This document shows, piece by piece, positions 1 through 8,169 of a stretch of 32,000 nucleotides of DNA (position 1 is its first letter; each line of letters starts with the position of its first letter). The stretch spans positions 1,120,064-1,152,063 of the forward strand of contig NZ_JHUX01000003.1 of assembly GCF_000619845.1 (NCBI RefSeq), given 5' to 3'. The translations under genes were made by a program, and so were the position numbers. The stretch comes from Alkanindiges illinoisensis DSM 15370. Lineage in GTDB: Bacteria; Pseudomonadota; Gammaproteobacteria; Pseudomonadales; Moraxellaceae. The notes below the pieces were generated by a model. The model saw only the letters and a list, made by a program, of their open reading frames with translations. It was not told the DNA's origin and ran no database searches.

Positions 1-31
1 ATTTCTGTATTGATATTTTTAGGAGATTTTT

Positions 32-691
32 ATGGCAAGTTATTTTGGCATTATCCCATCTGATGAGCTTAAAAGTGATATTAATCTGGCCAAGTCCAAT
101 CGGGGCAGCAGCGAGCCACAATATCCTTTACGCGATAAAATCTCTTTAAAACTAAATGATGAGTTAATTGATAATCTGCTGGTTAAGCTGGTTCAGCAAT
201 TTCCGGCCAGCGAAAAGCGCGATACAGCCGAAAAACTGGCTGGTTATGTACGCAGTACGGTCAGTGTTTTACTCAAGCAATTATTAGGTAAGGCGCCTAA
301 TGAGCAGGTATTAAAATCACTGGAATTTCTGGAAAGCAGCAGTTTTGTTGACAATGCAGGCAATAGCCGTATTGGCGCAGCACTACCTGATGATCTGGTA
401 AACCAGCTTAAAGCCTCTTTTGCTGCCGTACATGCGGGTGAAGGCAAACAGCAGCGCGCTGCACTGACGACGCAGTTCAAACTGTTTGCTGACCAGATCA
501 TTAAGCATTTTATGACTGACTATAACAAGACACTGGATCTGGGTCTGATCAAGCGCAAAGCTGCTGAACTGGCAACCAGTGCAGTGGGCAAAGCCGTGCA
601 TATTGCGATTGACAAGCTGATTCCTGCCCTAAATCAGGCCGAGCTTGAAGCTGTTGCAACTCACTTTGACAGCCTACTGGTACAAAAGTAA
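32..691 (+). CDS. hypothetical, predicted all-alpha protein (219 aa); family not recognised
   Basis: ATG at 32 lies 6 nt after AGGAG (21-25). The 219-codon frame is uninterrupted and is followed by a hairpin plus T-tract at 721-746. I could assign no catalytic or signal motif. Confidence 0.6.
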   Translation: MASYFGIIPSDELKSDINLAKSNRGSSEPQYPLRDKISLKLNDELIDNLLVKLVQQFPASEKRDTAEKLAGYVRSTVSVLLKQLLGKAPNEQVLKSLEFLESSSFVDNAGNSRIGAALPDDLVNQLKASFAAVHAGEGKQQRAALTTQFKLFADQIIKHFMTDYNKTLDLGLIKRKAAELATSAVGKAVHIAIDKLIPALNQAELEAVATHFDSLLVQK

Positions 692-720
692 TTTGCTGTA
701 AAACTCATCTGCAATACCTG

Positions 721-746
721 AGCCTGGCGATTGCTGGGCTTTTTTA
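721..746 (+). terminator. intrinsic terminator after the 219-aa ORF
   Basis: agcctggc (721-728) pairs with gctgggct (733-740), including 2 G-U pairs, around loop gatt. TTTTTT follows at 741-746. Confidence 0.6.
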
Positions 747-800
747 TGCCTGGTCTTAGGTCTGGCTTAAATCTCATGCATAAATCAATAAGGCAGTTTT

Positions 801-829
801 TTCAGGCCATGCCAGTTCTATGTTAAGAT
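801..829 (+). promoter_or_regulatory. candidate sigma70 promoter for rodA (extended -10)
   Basis: TTCAGG (801-806), 17-nt spacer, TG (821-822), n, TAAGAT (824-829). It sits between the upstream terminator and rodA. Read by eye only. Confidence 0.3.
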
Positions 830-898
830 TTGGCTTCAAATTCCCCTCCTGGCTTTTTTCTTCTTTGTGGTTTTACTTCTTCGTGGTTCTACTTGTTC

Positions 899-2041
899 AT
901 GGCTGAAAATCCGCAGTACCGCTTTTTACGTTATGCCCCGCGTGATGGCAGCAATATGCAGCTTAGTCCCACTCGCTGGGAACGCATCCATGTTGATCCA
1001 TGGCTCACTGGCCTGTTCCTGTTAATCGCCAGCATGGGGCTGGTAGTGCTCTACAGTGCCTCTGCACAGGACACCGGGCTGGTAATTCGCCAGTTAGTCA
1101 GTTTCATTATCGGTTTTGTGGTGATGCTGGTGATGGCACAAGTGCCACCCAAGATTTATCAGGCATTTTCACCCTGGTTTTATGCCAGTGGCCTGGTGCT
1201 ACTTGTTGGCGTGATGGTTTTTGGTGAAGTACGCATGGGTGCACAGCGCTGGCTGGATATTCCAGGTTTTGGCAGTGTGCAGCCGTCCGAGTTTATGAAG
1301 CTGGCCATGCCAATGATGACGGCCTGGTTTTTATCAGCCAGACCCTTACCACCTACGTTTAAGGCTGTCGTCGTGACCTTGATGCTCATTGGCATCCCGG
1401 TGCTATTAATTGCCGAGCAGCCCGATTTGGGGACTTCTCTGCTGGTGATGGCAAGCGGCATGTTTGTGCTGTTTTTAAGTGGCTTGCGCTGGTGGATGAT
1501 TGGCGCTTGTGTCGGGGCGATTGCAGCCATTATTCCACTGGCATGGTTTTTTCTGTTGCATGACTATCAAAAGCAGCGTGTGCTTACCCTGTTTGATCCT
1601 GAAGCAGATGCCTTGGGCACAGGCTGGAATATTATCCAGTCCAAAACTGCGATTGGTTCGGGTGGCATCTTTGGCAAAGGTTATTTAAATGGTACTCAGT
1701 CCCATTTGCATTTTTTACCCGAAGGCCATACCGATTTTATCATTGCCGCGTTTTCTGAAGAATTTGGCTTAATGGGGGTTGCCATATTAATGACCCTATA
1801 TTGCTGCATTATTTTCAGGGCCTTTCAGATTGCCTTTCGCAGTAATCACAATTATGGCCGCTTGCTGGCTGGCGCAATTGGCCTTTCCTTTTTTGTGTAT
1901 GTATTTGTCAACGCTGGCATGGTCAGTGGCATTTTACCAGTGGTTGGCGTACCTTTACCGTTTATGAGCTATGGGGGAACTGCCATTATCACCCTGATGG
2001 CCGGTTTTGGCCTGCTGGTTTCCATTCAAACCCATCGCTAG
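899..2041 (+). CDS. rodA: peptidoglycan glycosyltransferase RodA (SEDS / FtsW-RodA-SpoVE family)
   Basis: Polytopic membrane protein with a RodA-like N-terminus (IHVDPWL...LYSAS) and SEDS C-terminal motifs (TDFIIAAFSEEFG, LPVVGVPLPFMSYGGT). The track ORF starts at TTG 830. I prefer ATG 899 (MAENPQYRF...), which gives about 380 aa. Confidence 0.9.
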   Translation: MAENPQYRFLRYAPRDGSNMQLSPTRWERIHVDPWLTGLFLLIASMGLVVLYSASAQDTGLVIRQLVSFIIGFVVMLVMAQVPPKIYQAFSPWFYASGLVLLVGVMVFGEVRMGAQRWLDIPGFGSVQPSEFMKLAMPMMTAWFLSARPLPPTFKAVVVTLMLIGIPVLLIAEQPDLGTSLLVMASGMFVLFLSGLRWWMIGACVGAIAAIIPLAWFFLLHDYQKQRVLTLFDPEADALGTGWNIIQSKTAIGSGGIFGKGYLNGTQSHLHFLPEGHTDFIIAAFSEEFGLMGVAILMTLYCCIIFRAFQIAFRSNHNYGRLLAGAIGLSFFVYVFVNAGMVSGILPVVGVPLPFMSYGGTAIITLMAGFGLLVSIQTHR

Positions 2042-2069
2042 TTTTGTAATTTCGCGCTTTCTGGAAATA

Positions 2070-3110
2070 ATGATGTTATTTAAAAATCCGTTGTTCAAGA
2101 ATTTTTCCATTTCACTCCCATCGAAGGATTATCGACGCAGTTTGCTGGCACTGGTGGCCGGTTTTGCCAGCACAGTAGCAGGAGCAAACGATTTTCTGCT
2201 TGACCCGGCCTATGCCAATTTTCGCCAGAAAATGATTAATGAATATCAGTTTACGGGTGCAGAAGTTGACACTGCCATGAACTCGGCACAGCGTATTGAC
2301 CGTATCCTTTCTATTATGACCAAGCCGGGTGAAAGCAAGGAATGGTACGAATATCGCTCGCAATTTCTGGTGGAGTCCACGATTAGCCGTGGTGTGCGTT
2401 TTAAGCAACAATATGGCGATGCGCTATGGCGGGCGGAACAGCAATATGGCGTGCCACAATCCATCATTCTGGGCATTTTGGGCGTAGAAACCGGCTATGG
2501 TCAAAACAAAGGCAGTTTTCGTACCCTTGATGCGCTCTCTACACTAGCTTTCGGCTATCCACGCCGCGCAGATTATTTTACTGATGAACTGGCAGCGCTA
2601 TTAGTAATGGCACGTGAACAGCATCAACCTGTAGAAAGCTATGTAGGCTCCTATGCAGGTGCACTGGGCTATCCACAGTTTATGCCCAGCAACATCCGCA
2701 AACTTGGTGTTGATTTCAACCAGGATGGCCGGGTCGATATTATTAATGATCCAGTTGATGCCATTGGTTCGATTGCACACTATATGGCGACCTATGGCTG
2801 GCAGCGTAATCAACCCATTGGCTTTCGTGCCACTTACCGCGGGTTCAATGATTCACAAGTGGTAGCACCCGATGGCCAGCTTGATAAAACCCGTCCTGCC
2901 GGGGAATTTGCAACTTTAGGGTTGGCGCCGCTTAATCCTGCCGTCAAGCTTGATCCTTTGGATATGGTCAATGGCATTCGGCTCATGGAAGATTTTGGGC
3001 CAACCTACTGGATTGTCTATCCGAACTACATCACGATTACTCGTTATAATTTCAGTCGTAACTATGCCACAGCAGTTTGGCAGCTTGGCGAAGAAATAAT
3101 CAACCGCTGA
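2070..3110 (+). CDS. mltB: lytic murein transglycosylase B (MltB / Slt35 family)
   Basis: Motifs ILGVETGYGQNKG, LGYPQFMPSN and VDFNQDGRVDI are typical of MltB/SltB. A signal-like N-terminus follows ATG 2070. The 2007 start is an upstream extension overlapping rodA. The gene lies 28 nt after the rodA stop, as in the Pseudomonas rodA-sltB1-rlpA order. Confidence 0.85.
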   Translation: MMLFKNPLFKNFSISLPSKDYRRSLLALVAGFASTVAGANDFLLDPAYANFRQKMINEYQFTGAEVDTAMNSAQRIDRILSIMTKPGESKEWYEYRSQFLVESTISRGVRFKQQYGDALWRAEQQYGVPQSIILGILGVETGYGQNKGSFRTLDALSTLAFGYPRRADYFTDELAALLVMAREQHQPVESYVGSYAGALGYPQFMPSNIRKLGVDFNQDGRVDIINDPVDAIGSIAHYMATYGWQRNQPIGFRATYRGFNDSQVVAPDGQLDKTRPAGEFATLGLAPLNPAVKLDPLDMVNGIRLMEDFGPTYWIVYPNYITITRYNFSRNYATAVWQLGEEIINR

Positions 3111-3393
3111 GCTAAATTACATTAGTTACCTAAAGAAACTTCATACAGCAGGTAAAAAAAGCCCTTTAGAGAATTTTTGAAATATTTACTTACATTAATG
3201 ATTATTTTTTGATCTAAAACTTGCTAAAAACAATTGTTTTTGTAACTGAACGCTATTTTTTATTGGACAAGTATTTAAATTAGTCACTATGATCACCACC
3301 AATGACATTCATTTACGATTAAACGTGGCAAAGAAACCTTTTTATGCTTGTTCAAATAAGCATCATATAAGGTTCCCACCGGAGCGTTAACAT

Positions 3394-4050
3394 ATGCAAA
3401 AATCAGTATTTTCTGTACTGACCTTGTCACTTGGTTTGGCTTTCACTACTGCCTCTCATGCAGATCTGGTACAGGCTCAACCACTCAGCAGTAATTCTGA
3501 GTCTGCAAGCCTGGCCAATCGTGTATTGGATCAGGATGGAAAAAGCATTAGTTCAGCATTATTCAAAATGAATACGCCTGTAACTGCTGCTGCACCAGCT
3601 AACAAGCCCGCTGTTGTGACTGCATTAAGCATTACAGAAACTGCTGGTAGCCGTGTTAAAACTGAAAATATTCCGGCCCGTGTTGAAAGCACTGAAGAGC
3701 CAGGCATTATTGATCGCCTGAGTGCCGTTGCCTCTGAAGCAGTTCGCAAGTTTACCCAGACTGGCATGGCATCCTGGTATGGCCGTCAGTTCCACGGCCG
3801 CAAGACTGCCAGTGGTGATACTTTTGATATGTATGCCATGACTGCCGCACACCGCAGCCTGCCCTTAAACTGCTATATCCGTGTGACTAACAAAGATAAT
3901 GGTAAAAGTGTTGTGGTTAAAGTAAATGACCGTGGCCCATTCCATGGTAACCGCGTACTTGATTTATCCTATGCAGCAGCCAACAAACTGGGCATAGCAG
4001 GTAGTGGTACAGGTAACGTGACTATTGAACGTATTGATGCGCCTAACTAA
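3394..4050 (+). CDS. rlpA: RlpA-like DPBB-domain lytic transglycosylase (short form)
   Basis: DPBB core ASWYGRQFHGRKTASGDTFDMYAMTAAHRSLPLNCYIRVTN...VKVNDRGPFHGNRVLDLSYAAANKLG. N-terminal signal peptide. GGAG lies 9 nt upstream of the ATG. Confidence 0.85.
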   Translation: MQKSVFSVLTLSLGLAFTTASHADLVQAQPLSSNSESASLANRVLDQDGKSISSALFKMNTPVTAAAPANKPAVVTALSITETAGSRVKTENIPARVESTEEPGIIDRLSAVASEAVRKFTQTGMASWYGRQFHGRKTASGDTFDMYAMTAAHRSLPLNCYIRVTNKDNGKSVVVKVNDRGPFHGNRVLDLSYAAANKLGIAGSGTGNVTIERIDAPN

Positions 4051-4074
4051 TGCATTAATATCGCAATAGCTTTT

Positions 4075-4100
4075 AGCCACCTTCGGGTGGCTTTAATATT
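4075..4100 (+). terminator. probable intrinsic terminator after rlpA
   Basis: agccacc-ttcg-ggtggct hairpin (4075-4092) followed by a T-rich ttaatattt. The T-tract is imperfect. Confidence 0.5.
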
Positions 4101-4197
4101 TCTGGATATAGATTTTAGTTAGGCTTACTGAAAGATTTAGACTTGCTTTACAACTGGACTTATGGCATTGTCAGAATGTCATGAAAATTAAGGGACT

Positions 4198-4653
4198 ATG
4201 CTCATGCGCAATCTTCAGCAATGGCTTGATGAATATAGTGAAAGCCACCGCAATCTAACCAATAAGCGTATTCACTGGTTATGCGTGCCTGCCATCCTGT
4301 TTTCTATTGTAGGATTTAGCTGGCATCTGAGCACAGTCATGACCATTGTCTTGATTGCCTTAACCTTATTATTCTATGCCCGTTTATCCCTGCCCTTGCT
4401 TATGGCCATGAGTGTGCTCATGTTACTGATGGTGCTGCTCATCAACTGGCTACCGGTAGGCTCAGGATTTTTTGTTGGCTTGTTTGTGGTGGCATGGATT
4501 GGCCAGTTTTATGGCCATAAAGTGGAAGGAAAAAAACCATCTTTCTTTAAAGACCTGCAATTTTTGTTGATCGGCCCAGCCTGGTGCATGGATGCAGCGA
4601 TTAGCAAGTTTCTTCCAAACTGGCGCAAGCGTCTGGTTGAGCAAACTGCCTGA
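4198..4653 (+). CDS. DUF962 / Mpo1-like membrane protein
   Basis: N-terminal WLDEYSESHRNLTNKRIHWLCVP and C-terminal GHKVEGKKPSFFKDLQFLLIGPAW match the YGL010w/Mpo1-like family pattern, with TM helices between. The start could instead be ATG 4204, which has better spacing from AAGGGA. Confidence 0.75.
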   Translation: MLMRNLQQWLDEYSESHRNLTNKRIHWLCVPAILFSIVGFSWHLSTVMTIVLIALTLLFYARLSLPLLMAMSVLMLLMVLLINWLPVGSGFFVGLFVVAWIGQFYGHKVEGKKPSFFKDLQFLLIGPAWCMDAAISKFLPNWRKRLVEQTA

Positions 4654-4684
4654 TTTAAAGATAGGTTAACACAAGGTTATATTT

Positions 4685-5125
4685 TTGAAGTTAGCAATTT
4701 ATGTCGCTGGTTGCGGGATAGTGCTTGCCGCCTGCTCCAGCGCCGATTCATCAAGTACAGTTAAACCCAGCACTGTATATGAACAATATAATGAAAAAGT
4801 TATTCGTGGCCTAAGTTACGAGGAAGAAAAAAGCTACTATACAGAGTCCAGACAAGCAGATATGGAACAAAAAATTCCACAATATATGCAGCAAATGAAA
4901 AAAAGCCGTGAACAGGTCATTCAAATGTCCCAGCAAGTTTCCCAGTCAGCGGCCAGATGCAAAAAAATTCATCTGAGCCAGGAACGTATAGAAGCTAACA
5001 CGGCTTATTTAATCTATGAACAAACTGATAGGTGTAATCCCCAGTCAAGCCATGCGCAAAAACAATCAGTGTTAATGCAGAATGAACAGGGCTGGAAAAT
5101 TCATCAGGTTGAAATCACAATATAA
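4685..5125 (+). CDS. hypothetical lipoprotein (146 aa, Gln/Glu-rich)
   Basis: TTG start. Signal peptide with lipobox L-A-A-C (MKLAIYVAGCGIVLAAC). The next in-frame Met is at codon 60, so the TTG start is needed to keep the signal peptide. A terminator follows immediately. Confidence 0.55.
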   Translation: MKLAIYVAGCGIVLAACSSADSSSTVKPSTVYEQYNEKVIRGLSYEEEKSYYTESRQADMEQKIPQYMQQMKKSREQVIQMSQQVSQSAARCKKIHLSQERIEANTAYLIYEQTDRCNPQSSHAQKQSVLMQNEQGWKIHQVEITI

Positions 5126-5156
5126 AGGTTAAATTATTTCAAATACCAAAAGTAAT

Positions 5157-5183
5157 AAAAAACCCTGCAATGCAGGGTTTTTT
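5157..5183. terminator. bidirectional intrinsic terminator (lipoprotein gene / tsf)
   Basis: aaaaaa-ccctgca-a-tgcaggg-tttttt. A perfect palindromic stem flanked by A- and T-tracts, between convergent genes. Confidence 0.7.
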
Positions 5184-5208
5184 AAGTAGCTTGCTAAGCG
5201 ATGAGCAA

Positions 5209-6087
5209 TTACTTGGCAGCTTCAGCCTGAGCAGCAGCAACTTCATCAGCAAAGTTTACTTCTTTCTTCTCAATGCCTTCGCCAACTTCAAAACGCTTGA
5301 ATTCAGTAACAGTCAAGCCAGCAGCTTTCAGTACGTCACCAACTTTCTTTTCATTGTCGATTACATAAGCCTGACGTAACAACGTTACTTCATTCAGGTA
5401 TTTATCCAGGCTACCCTGAACCATTTTTTCAACGATGTTGGCAGGTTTGCCAGACTCAATTGCTTTAGCTTCAGCAATTTCTTTTTCCTTGGCCAGAATT
5501 TCAGCAGGAACGTCTTCAGCATTAACTGCAGCCGGGTTGAACGCAGCAACGTGCATCGCAACGCCTTTACCAGTTTCTTCGTCGCCACCGGTGTAAGCAA
5601 CCACAACACCAATTTTCAGACCGTGTCTGTAAGTTGCAAGTTTTTCACCTTCAACGATGTAGCCACGACGTACCTGAATGTTTTCACCAATTTTTTGAAC
5701 CAGTTCAACACGTGCTTCTTCAACGGTCAGGCTGTCATCAAATTTCAGGTTAGCAATTTCAGCAGCGTCAGTTGCATTGTTTGCAAGTGCAACTTCAGCG
5801 ACGCGGTTGGCAAATTTTGTGAAGTTTTCATCTTTGGCAACAAAGTCAGTCTGGCTGTTGACTTCAAGCAATAAAGCGCGATTACCGTCCTGAGCAATAA
5901 TGATTGCGCCGTCAGCAGCAATATTACCTGCTTTTTTGGCAGCTTTAGCCTGACCAGATTTACGCAGGTTATCAATGGCTACTTCAATATCACCACCCGC
6001 TTCAGTCAATGCTTTTTTGCATTCCATCATGCCAAGGCCAGTACGGTCACGTAATTCTTTTACCATGCTTGCGCTAATTGCAGTCAT
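5209..6087 (-). CDS. tsf: translation elongation factor Ts
   Basis: N-terminal [45 protein letters not shown] is the canonical EF-Ts UBA-like domain. About 292 aa, downstream of rpsB. Confidence 0.95.
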   Translation of the reverse strand: MTAISASMVKELRDRTGLGMMECKKALTEAGGDIEVAIDNLRKSGQAKAAKKAGNIAADGAIIIAQDGNRALLLEVNSQTDFVAKDENFTKFANRVAEVALANNATDAAEIANLKFDDSLTVEEARVELVQKIGENIQVRRGYIVEGEKLATYRHGLKIGVVVAYTGGDEETGKGVAMHVAAFNPAAVNAEDVPAEILAKEKEIAEAKAIESGKPANIVEKMVQGSLDKYLNEVTLLRQAYVIDNEKKVGDVLKAAGLTVTEFKRFEVGEGIEKKEVNFADEVAAAQAEAAK

Positions 6088-6129
6088 GCTTGTCTCCTAA
6101 ACTGTCATTTAAATCAAGAAATTAATTGC

Positions 6130-6168
6130 AAATAAAAACGGCCCATTGGGTTTACCGCCTGGGCCGTT
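6130..6168 (-). terminator. internal hairpin plus U-tract between rpsB and tsf (attenuator-like)
   Basis: On the minus strand, aacggccca...tgggccgtt forms a 9-bp perfect stem (plus coordinates 6137-6145 and 6160-6168) followed by tttttattt. It sits in the rpsB-tsf spacer. Confidence 0.5.
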
Positions 6169-6248
6169 ACATCGGTTTACTGGTAGATGGTGACGTTAAA
6201 GCATGTCAAAGCCATGAAAAACTGCCAATAGAACCGATGTATCCAACA

Positions 6249-7013
6249 TTAAGCGTCGGTAGCAGCAGTTTCTTCGCTAGCTTGTTCAGCTGGCTCGGCA
6301 GCTTTTGCGCCACCCTGAGTCTGCGCATATTCTTTACCCGCCAGAATTGCGTTTGCCATAGAGCTGGCATACAGGGTAACCGCACGGATCGCATCGTCAT
6401 TACCAGGAATGATGTAATCAACGCCATCCGGGTTAGAGTTGGTATCAACAATACCAATTACCGGAATACCCAGGTTTTTGGCTTCTTTGATGGCAATCGC
6501 TTCATGGTCAACGTCAATGATGAACAGGGCATCTGGCAAGCCGCCCATGTTTTTAACACCGCCCAGTGAACGCTCCAGCTTTTCCATTTCGCGGGTGCGT
6601 TCCAGCGCTTCACGCTTGGTCAGCTTGGCGAAAGTACCGTCCTGAGACTGAACTTCCAGATCTTTCAGACGGTTGATGGACTGACGCAGGGTTTTCCAGT
6701 TGGTCAGCATGCCGCCCAACCAGCGATGGTCAACATAAGGCTGGCCAGCACGTTGCGCTTGTTCACGAATAATATTGCTGGCAGCGCGTTTGGTGCCAAC
6801 AAACAGTACCTTGTTCTTTTTGCTGGCCAGATTGTTAACAAAATTTAGCGCATCGTTTAACGCAGGAACAGTGTGCTCCAGGTTAATGATATGAATCTTG
6901 TTGCGGGCACCAAAAATGTAAGGACCCATTTTTGGGTTCCAGAAACGGGTTTGGTGACCAAAGTGTGCGCCTGCCTGTAATAGGTCACGCATGCTTACGT
7001 TATATTCTGCCAT
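6249..7013 (-). CDS. rpsB: 30S ribosomal protein S2
   Basis: [22 protein letters not shown]...IHIINLE...VLFVGTKR is a canonical S2 sequence. An acidic/Ala-rich C-terminal tail is present. Confidence 0.95.
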   Translation of the reverse strand: MAEYNVSMRDLLQAGAHFGHQTRFWNPKMGPYIFGARNKIHIINLEHTVPALNDALNFVNNLASKKNKVLFVGTKRAASNIIREQAQRAGQPYVDHRWLGGMLTNWKTLRQSINRLKDLEVQSQDGTFAKLTKREALERTREMEKLERSLGGVKNMGGLPDALFIIDVDHEAIAIKEAKNLGIPVIGIVDTNSNPDGVDYIIPGNDDAIRAVTLYASSMANAILAGKEYAQTQGGAKAAEPAEQASEETAATDA

Positions 7014-7140
7014 GATATTTACCTTAAATATGGGTTAGGCCTCCATATGTCCGCATTGTCCACTTTCCTGTTGGTTAAAAACAGAAAAGCACCCAGATCA
7101 ATGTGTCGACATATGTGTGGGATTGACCGTCTAATCATGG
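7014..7140 (-). promoter_or_regulatory. structured rpsB 5' leader (candidate S2 autoregulatory element)
   Basis: Two minus-strand hairpins: an 8-bp stem with one G-U at plus 7063-7070 and 7082-7089, and atatgg/ccatat around 7028-7050 next to the SD. The leader extent is not defined. Confidence 0.3.
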
Positions 7141-7158
7141 TTTTTGGATAAATAACTT

Positions 7159-7167
7159 TGGTATAAA
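7159..7167 (+). promoter_or_regulatory. candidate extended -10 promoter for map
   Basis: TG-g-TATAAA at 7159-7167, about 80 nt upstream of the map ATG. No convincing -35. Confidence 0.3.
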
Positions 7168-7247
7168 TTATTACCCAAAAGCATTTGCTAAAACGGGGCG
7201 CTATTTATACCATATATAGGTCATTTTTGCCAAAAAAAATTAAGCCC

Positions 7248-8072
7248 ATGAATAGTTTTAGCTCACCAAACCGGCATTTGATCAAATCACCTGACGCCAT
7301 CGAAAAAATGCGGGTTGCAGGTCGTTTGGCAGCCGAGGTGTTAACCATGATTACGCCTTTTGTCAAAGCTGGTGTAAGCACACTTGAGCTAGACAAAATT
7401 TGCCATGATTATATTGTTAATGTGCAAAATGCCATTCCTGCCTGTCTGGGCTACGGTGGTGGTCATGGCCGCAAGCCGTTTCCTGCGGTAATCTGTACTT
7501 CGGTAAACCATGTGGTGTGTCATGGTATTCCATCAGAAACCAAAATCCTGAAAAACGGTGATATCGTTAATATTGATGTTACTGTGATTAAAGACGGTTA
7601 TCATGGTGACACCAGCAAGATGTTTATTATTGGCGAAGGCTCAATCCTAGCCAACCGTATTTGTGCAGTTGCACAGGAAGCCATGTATAAAGGCATGGAA
7701 ACCGTTAAAGCGGGTTCCTATGTAGGTGATATTGGCGCTGCTATCCAGAAATATGTGGAATCCGAGCGCTTTAGCGTCGTACGGGAATATTGCGGTCATG
7801 GCATTGGCACCACTTTCCATGATGATCCGCAAATCCTGCATTACGGCAAGGCAGGCACTGGCATGCGTCTGGAAGCTGGCATGACCTTTACCATTGAACC
7901 CATGGTTAATGCCGGAGTTTGGCAAACTCGCCTATTGGGTGACAACTGGACAGTCGTAACCAAAGACCACAAGCTATCAGCCCAATGGGAACATACGATT
8001 TTGGTCACTGAAACCGGTATTGAAGTGCTGACAGCCCGTCCGGAAGAAGATTTATCCCGCTTTCAGGCATAA
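7248..8072 (+). CDS. map: type I methionine aminopeptidase
   Basis: Motifs VCHGIP, DIVNIDVT, GYHGDTS, GHGIG, FTIEPM and QWEHT carry the MetAP metal ligands. The preferred start is ATG 7248. The 7185 start is an unlikely extension. Confidence 0.9.
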   Translation: MNSFSSPNRHLIKSPDAIEKMRVAGRLAAEVLTMITPFVKAGVSTLELDKICHDYIVNVQNAIPACLGYGGGHGRKPFPAVICTSVNHVVCHGIPSETKILKNGDIVNIDVTVIKDGYHGDTSKMFIIGEGSILANRICAVAQEAMYKGMETVKAGSYVGDIGAAIQKYVESERFSVVREYCGHGIGTTFHDDPQILHYGKAGTGMRLEAGMTFTIEPMVNAGVWQTRLLGDNWTVVTKDHKLSAQWEHTILVTETGIEVLTARPEEDLSRFQA

Positions 8073-8105
8073 TAGTGTCCGCATTCGACTGCTTTATTTA
8101 ATTTT

Positions 8106-8135
8106 AAAAAAACCGCTCATGATGAGCGGTTTTTT
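8106..8135. terminator. bidirectional intrinsic terminator (map / protease gene)
   Basis: aaaaaaa-ccgctcat-g-atgagcgg-tttttt between convergent genes. Confidence 0.75.
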
Positions 8136-8169
8136 ATATGAAGCAATATTCACCAGGAAGAAAAAGCAA

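Noticed and set aside
830-898. N-terminal extensions proposed by the ORF track (rodA TTG 830, mltB 2007, map 7185, peroxiredoxin TTG 10432, patatin TTG 12030, MltF-like 13872, gyrA GTG 20794)
   Set aside because: In each case a downstream ATG gives a protein beginning where homologues begin and/or sits at proper distance from an SD. The extensions overlap upstream genes or SD sequences.
3289-3390. 33-codon upstream ORF ending 3 nt before the rlpA ATG
   Set aside because: It has no SD and lies in AT-rich sequence where short ORFs arise by chance. The peptide has no recognisable features, and conservation cannot be tested here.
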